This document shows, piece by piece, positions 63,301 through 64,000 of a stretch of 64,000 nucleotides of DNA. The first letter of the stretch is position 1. Each line of letters opens with the position of its first letter. A program made the translations under genes and the position numbers. Below the pieces are notes generated by a model. It was given only the letters and a program-made list of their open reading frames with translations. It was not told the DNA's origin and made no database searches. Source of the stretch: the human T2T-CHM13v2.0 reference genome, Homo sapiens; NCBI RefSeq assembly GCF_009914755.1, contig NC_060938.1; one strand, written 5' to 3'.

Positions 63301-64000
63301 GCCGACCGTGGCGGACTGGAGGGCAGGCATTTTGGGTGGGAACGGTGCTCACCTAAGGCTCCTTCTGCCAAGCCCCTTCTGGCCTCTGCCAGGACGGGAT
63401 GTGACAGAGTGCATCTGTGCCCGGCTGCTCAGGGCAGAGTGGGGCAGGGCAGCGTCCCTGGGGAGCAGAACCCCAGGCCTCCGCATGAGAGTGCTTCAGG
63501 GGCACCCGGGCACCCTTCTTTGAAGGTTCTTTCTGTTTTTAAGCCTCTTTTAAGCTGCCCAAGTGCCAGCTGAGGCTATTTTGGGATCAGCCATTCATCC
63601 CAGGGCTGTCTGGCCCTTCTGAAAACTCTCATTAAATTGTTCATCGACAGGAACCAAATACTTGGCCCCAGGGCCTCCAGGCCTCCCCCGATGTGTGGCC
63701 TCCTGGGGTCCTTGCCCGAGAGGCTGAGGGGGAACCTGGCTGGCCACCAAGGCCTTGTAAGTATCTTCTCCCTCAGAAATCCAAGTCTGTCTTCCAAAAC
63801 ACCCCCACCCCCGCCACTGAGTTCATGAATATTCCCTCTGTGGACACACAATTCGAACTTGCGCGCACACGGCCCACCCACCACCTGAGGGAGGGACGGC
63901 TTCCAGTAAGTAATTACTCAACACAGCGATCCCAGGACACGACCTCGGAATGGGAGAGCGGAGGCCTTTGTTGGTTCAGAGCGAAGTGGGGTGTTCCCAG

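Overview
Human (primate) genomic DNA. It is recognisable as the distal end of the imprinted, maternally expressed DLK1-DIO3 domain at 14q32, because nine + strand pre-miRNAs in the first 8.2 kb match, from recall, MIR154, MIR496, MIR377, MIR541, MIR409, MIR412, MIR369, MIR410 and MIR656 in their known order. These hairpins sit in a degenerate tandem array of hairpin plus a roughly 45-nt spacer motif. The array contains further hairpin paralogues and relics that I do not recall being annotated in human (best: 1431-1510 and 7820-7900). Many hairpins carry a 3' splice-site-like sequence in the basal stem, and several have a 5' splice-site-like sequence 49-68 nt downstream. Downstream lie the probable MEG9/MIRG lncRNA 3' end (~11.3-14.3 kb) and a CpG-rich promoter-like island (~19 kb). 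From 20.7 to 50 kb is a transposon-dense block: a twin-primed L1, nested L1/LTR/Alu stacks, a pol-less ERV1 provirus with gag and env relics, and a ~600-bp fold-back palindrome. The rest is GC-rich intergenic DNA with an AT-rich enhancer-like island near 60 kb. No intact protein-coding gene is supported. miRNA and repeat names come from recalled consensus sequences, not from a search.
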